Positions 7,628 through 10,259 of a stretch of DNA of 10,259 nucleotides are shown here, piece after piece. This DNA is from Candidatus Micrarchaeota archaeon (GTDB taxonomy: Archaea; Micrarchaeota; Micrarchaeia; Anstonellales; Anstonellaceae). The first letter of the stretch is position 1; every line of letters starts with the position of its first letter. The notes beneath the pieces are model-generated. The model did not search any database. It saw nothing but the letters and a program-made list of their open reading frames with translations, and was not told the DNA's origin. Position numbers and translations under genes: made by a program. The stretch covers positions 1 through 10,259 of the forward strand of contig DUFS01000059.1 of NCBI GenBank assembly GCA_013331805.1, in the 5' to 3' direction.

Positions 7628-8418
7628 TTCCACACCTTCCAGGGTACCTTGCCAGAATCCCATATCCGGTTCAGTTCTAGGTAGTCCCTGTACGTATCCA
7701 TGCACTGCCAGAAGCTGTTGTGCTTGTACATGGAAAGCTGTTTTTCTTTTACCAGCCTGTTAAGGGGCTCGGTCTCAAGCACGCATGAGTCACCGTCCTG
7801 CAGGTAATCGAAAATGTCCTTCCTGAATACGTAGAATCCCACATTCACGAAGTCGTCGCGCAGCACTGGTTTTTCCACAAACCCGTTGACGAAGCCGTCT
7901 TGTGTGGATTTTATCAAGCCGAAGCGCGATTGGGGGTTGACGCCCGTCAGCGTGCCGATTGTTTTTTTCACCTGGTGGAATTCCAGAAGCTTTTTAACAT
8001 CGATGTCTGCCACGCCATCGCCATAGGTGAGCATGAATCGGTCTGAGTCGACGTATCGTTCTATGCGCTTCACCCGCGCGCCAGTCATGGCATTCAGGCC
8101 GGTTTCAGCAAAAGTGATGTTCCAGTCCTCCATGGCGCTCGCCCCATCGTGCACCGTCTTCTTCCCATCCCTGAGGCTAATTGTAAAGTCCTGGTTCATC
8201 AGCTCTTGGTTGAGGAAATGCTGCTTGATGTAATCGCCGCGGTACCCCAGGCAGAGCACGAAGTCTCTAAAACCGAAGTGAGAGTAGATCTTCATTATGT
8301 GCCAGAGTATGGGCATGCCCCCCACCAGCACCATGGGCTTGGGCTTGAACTCGGTTTCTTCACGGAGCCTAGTGCCAAGCCCTCCACACATTATGACTAC
8401 TTTAGTATTCGATTCCAT
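7624..8418 (-). CDS. rfbF: Glucose-1-phosphate cytidylyltransferase
   Basis: Motifs [84 protein letters not shown] and PWKVW. Confidence 0.96.
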   Translation of the reverse strand: MESNTKVVIMCGGLGTRLREETEFKPKPMVLVGGMPILWHIMKIYSHFGFRDFVLCLGYRGDYIKQHFLNQELMNQDFTISLRDGKKTVHDGASAMEDWNITFAETGLNAMTGARVKRIERYVDSDRFMLTYGDGVADIDVKKLLEFHQVKKTIGTLTGVNPQSRFGLIKSTQDGFVNGFVEKPVLRDDFVNVGFYVFRKDIFDYLQDGDSCVLETEPLNRLVKEKQLSMYKHNSFWQCMDTYRDYLELNRIWDSGKVPWKVWK

Positions 8419-8452
8419 TACGACCGCACCAATTAGGATAGGTTTAGCAACA

Positions 8453-8460
8453 ATTTAAAA
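8453..8460. promoter_or_regulatory. Candidate TATA-like box (ATTTAAAA / TTTTAAAT) in the divergent intergenic region
   Basis: Palindromic TTTAAA at 8454-8459 in a 64-bp AT-rich gap. It is centred about 26 nt upstream of ATG 8483 (+) and about 39 nt upstream of ATG 8418 (-). Confidence 0.45.
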
Positions 8461-8482
8461 CATCACTCATGAACACTCAGCT

Positions 8483-9583
8483 ATGGACAAGGACTTGGCA
8501 CCACTATTGTCAATCTGCATACCGACTTTCAACCGGGTTGCTGCACTCGAACACCTGCTCGGCTGCCTTTTAGGAGAAATGAAAGGGAAAGAGGGGAAGG
8601 TGGAAATTTGTATATCTGACAACGGCTCTACGGATGGAACACAGGAAATAATCTCCAAGTGGAAGGCGAAGCTTCCCATTGGAGCAAGGAAAAACCAGAA
8701 AAATCTCGGCTACGACATTAACGCCATCCGGGCACTGCAGATGGCCAGGGGAAGATATGCCTGGTATGTTGGGGATGATGATCTGGTTGAGCCAGGATCG
8801 GTCAGCAGGCTGCTTTCTGACATAGAAAAAGCCCAAGGCGCAGGGGCAATTTACATAAACGCGCTCAGCATAGGACGGCCCATAACAAAATTCAGGTTCA
8901 GACGTTTTGCGACATTTTCCAAATCCAACTCAGACTACCCACCTCTCAATGCCAGTTTTGGAGGCTCAATATGCCTGAATACTGCGGTTGCAAACAGCAT
9001 AATCAGGAAAAAAATCAGGATCGCCGGTAGAAAACTTGTCAAAGATTCGCAAGACCGATACGTATTCAACGACTTTGTGCATACGTACCTCTTTTTGGAA
9101 TGCATATTAAAGAGCGGTCGCTTCGGAATCGAACCATTACCAGCAGTGAGAATAGTTGCAGACGCAAACACTGTTTCATACGAAAAGAAGTTCTATCTGG
9201 ACCTCATACTCATGACTTATTCGCTTGAGGCGAAAATGCGGTACGGCTGGTTTCGCGAAGGGGCAAAAAACTACAATCTCAAAGCCTTCCTCATACGGGC
9301 TGCCCTGTCGCTCCTAAGACCAGAACTGGACGAGGCATACCTGATGAGCCTTGTTCTCCACAGGAAGCTGCTTGAGCGGGATGGCGACCGCTTAGGGCTT
9401 GCCTTTATCTACGTTGTAGAGGCTGCCCGGCGCACGCCCATTGCAAGGCAGTTGCTCGTTGTTTCATTCCTCATGATGAGGAATATCCGTGACATCCACA
9501 TCAAGGAAGAAAGAGATGACAGCAGGTATCTGAAGAACGCGATTCGATTTGCTATTTTGCGAGCCAATGGGATACTGGGATGA
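8483..9583 (+). CDS. GT2 (GT-A) glycosyltransferase with a RfbV/WbaV (abequosyltransferase)-like N-terminal domain
   Basis: Motifs LLSICIPTFNR, EICISDNGSTDGT, NLGYDIN and ARGRYAWYVGDDD (DXD-type). I do not recognise the C-terminal half. Confidence 0.88.
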   Translation: MDKDLAPLLSICIPTFNRVAALEHLLGCLLGEMKGKEGKVEICISDNGSTDGTQEIISKWKAKLPIGARKNQKNLGYDINAIRALQMARGRYAWYVGDDDLVEPGSVSRLLSDIEKAQGAGAIYINALSIGRPITKFRFRRFATFSKSNSDYPPLNASFGGSICLNTAVANSIIRKKIRIAGRKLVKDSQDRYVFNDFVHTYLFLECILKSGRFGIEPLPAVRIVADANTVSYEKKFYLDLILMTYSLEAKMRYGWFREGAKNYNLKAFLIRAALSLLRPELDEAYLMSLVLHRKLLERDGDRLGLAFIYVVEAARRTPIARQLLVVSFLMMRNIRDIHIKEERDDSRYLKNAIRFAILRANGILG

Positions 9584-9599
9584 GCAAGAGCCACTAGCA

Positions 9600-10259
9600 T
9601 TACCTGTCTGGGTATTCCCTGCTCCAATCTATCCTTATTCCTCTTTTTGCAGTTGACTGCTGTTGATAATGGGCTGCCTCCTCTAGGAAAACCGAGATTC
9701 CTCCGCAAATTGAGTAGATTATGCCTCTCATTCCGTCGAGTATGAGCCTGTGGCGTAGCAGGAGATTGATGGTGGCAACTATCGGGTAGAGAAACATCAT
9801 TCTCAGCCCATGGTCACCAAAAAGGCGGGAGATGCGCCTGTCCCTCTCACTGCTGCGCACCTTATTTCTCCCAGTTTTTGCGTATTCGATCGGCATCTGG
9901 AAGAGATACTCCTCCATCTTCTTAACGTATTCCTGCACGCCCGGATAGGCGTAATGAAAAAATAGGCTTGGGAGTCTTGCCCCTCTGCCGTAGATTTTTG
10001 GAGGCTCGTGCGGAATGCCGTGCTCATACCTGACTGCCCCCTTGCGGAAGAGCCTCGGCAGCCAGGTGTTGATTGAGCTTTTGGTGGAAAATCCGTCGAA
10101 CAGGTAATTTATGCGCTTCATGAAAAAAACGTCCGCGTCCTTGCGCAATATTGCCTGGCGGATCTCGCGTTTCAGTTCATCTGAAAGCCTCTCATCCGCG
10201 TCAAGTATGAGCGCCCAATCCCCCTTCTTTACTTTGGAGAGAGCCTTGTTGATATTCTG
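9600..10259 (-). CDS. GT2 glycosyltransferase (WaaE/KdtX/LgtF beta-1,4-glucosyltransferase-like), 5'-truncated by the window edge
   Basis: The frame is open to the window end and reads QNINKALSKVKKGDWALILDADERLSDELKREI before the listed ORF. It has the W.L.LDADE, RLFR, HE, HY and LILDG.RG motifs typical of this subfamily. The stop is TAA at 9600-9602. Confidence 0.9.
   Translation of the reverse strand, partial: QNINKALSKVKKGDWALILDADERLSDELKREIRQAILRKDADVFFMKRINYLFDGFSTKSSINTWLPRLFRKGAVRYEHGIPHEPPKIYGRGARLPSLFFHYAYPGVQEYVKKMEEYLFQMPIEYAKTGRNKVRSSERDRRISRLFGDHGLRMMFLYPIVATINLLLRHRLILDGMRGIIYSICGGISVFLEEAAHYQQQSTAKRGIRIDWSREYPDR

Noticed and set aside
7628..7705. N-terminal extension of the rfbG-like ORF (start 7705)
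   Set aside because: It lies inside the conserved rfbF C-terminus. ATG 7627 gives the family-typical start and an ATGA overlap.
178..10027. The many other 60-150 aa ORFs in the six-frame track
   Set aside because: All overlap confidently assigned genes in other frames or on the opposite strand and show no recognisable domains.
9600..10148. 182-aa ORF as a complete small protein
   Set aside because: The frame continues without a stop to the window end and includes the LDADE motif, so this is a truncated GT2 rather than a standalone protein.

Overview
A compact, gene-dense surface-glycan biosynthesis locus with 11 CDSs, two of them truncated by the window edges. On the + strand are a GT4 glycosyltransferase and two tandem GDP-mannose 4,6-dehydratase (GMD) paralogs, one canonical and one catalytically altered. 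On the - strand is a tightly coupled six-gene operon: glucose-1-P cytidylyltransferase, CDP-glucose 4,6-dehydratase, transketolase-like N subunit, Zn-binding NDP-sugar C-methyltransferase, SDR ketoreductase and transketolase-like C subunit. This operon looks like a pathway for a branched or higher-carbon CDP-sugar. A RfbV/WbaV-like GT2 is transcribed divergently from it, and a second GT2 converges on that gene. Notable points are the putative doubly branched CDP-sugar pathway, a GMD paralog lacking the dehydratase Glu and RR loop, a 78-bp 96%-identical tract shared by the otherwise diverged GMD paralogs, and a palindromic TTTAAA box in the 64-bp divergent gap that hints at an archaeal host (inference). 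I saw no RNA genes, mobile elements or CRISPR arrays. All family calls come from motif recognition, not database searches.
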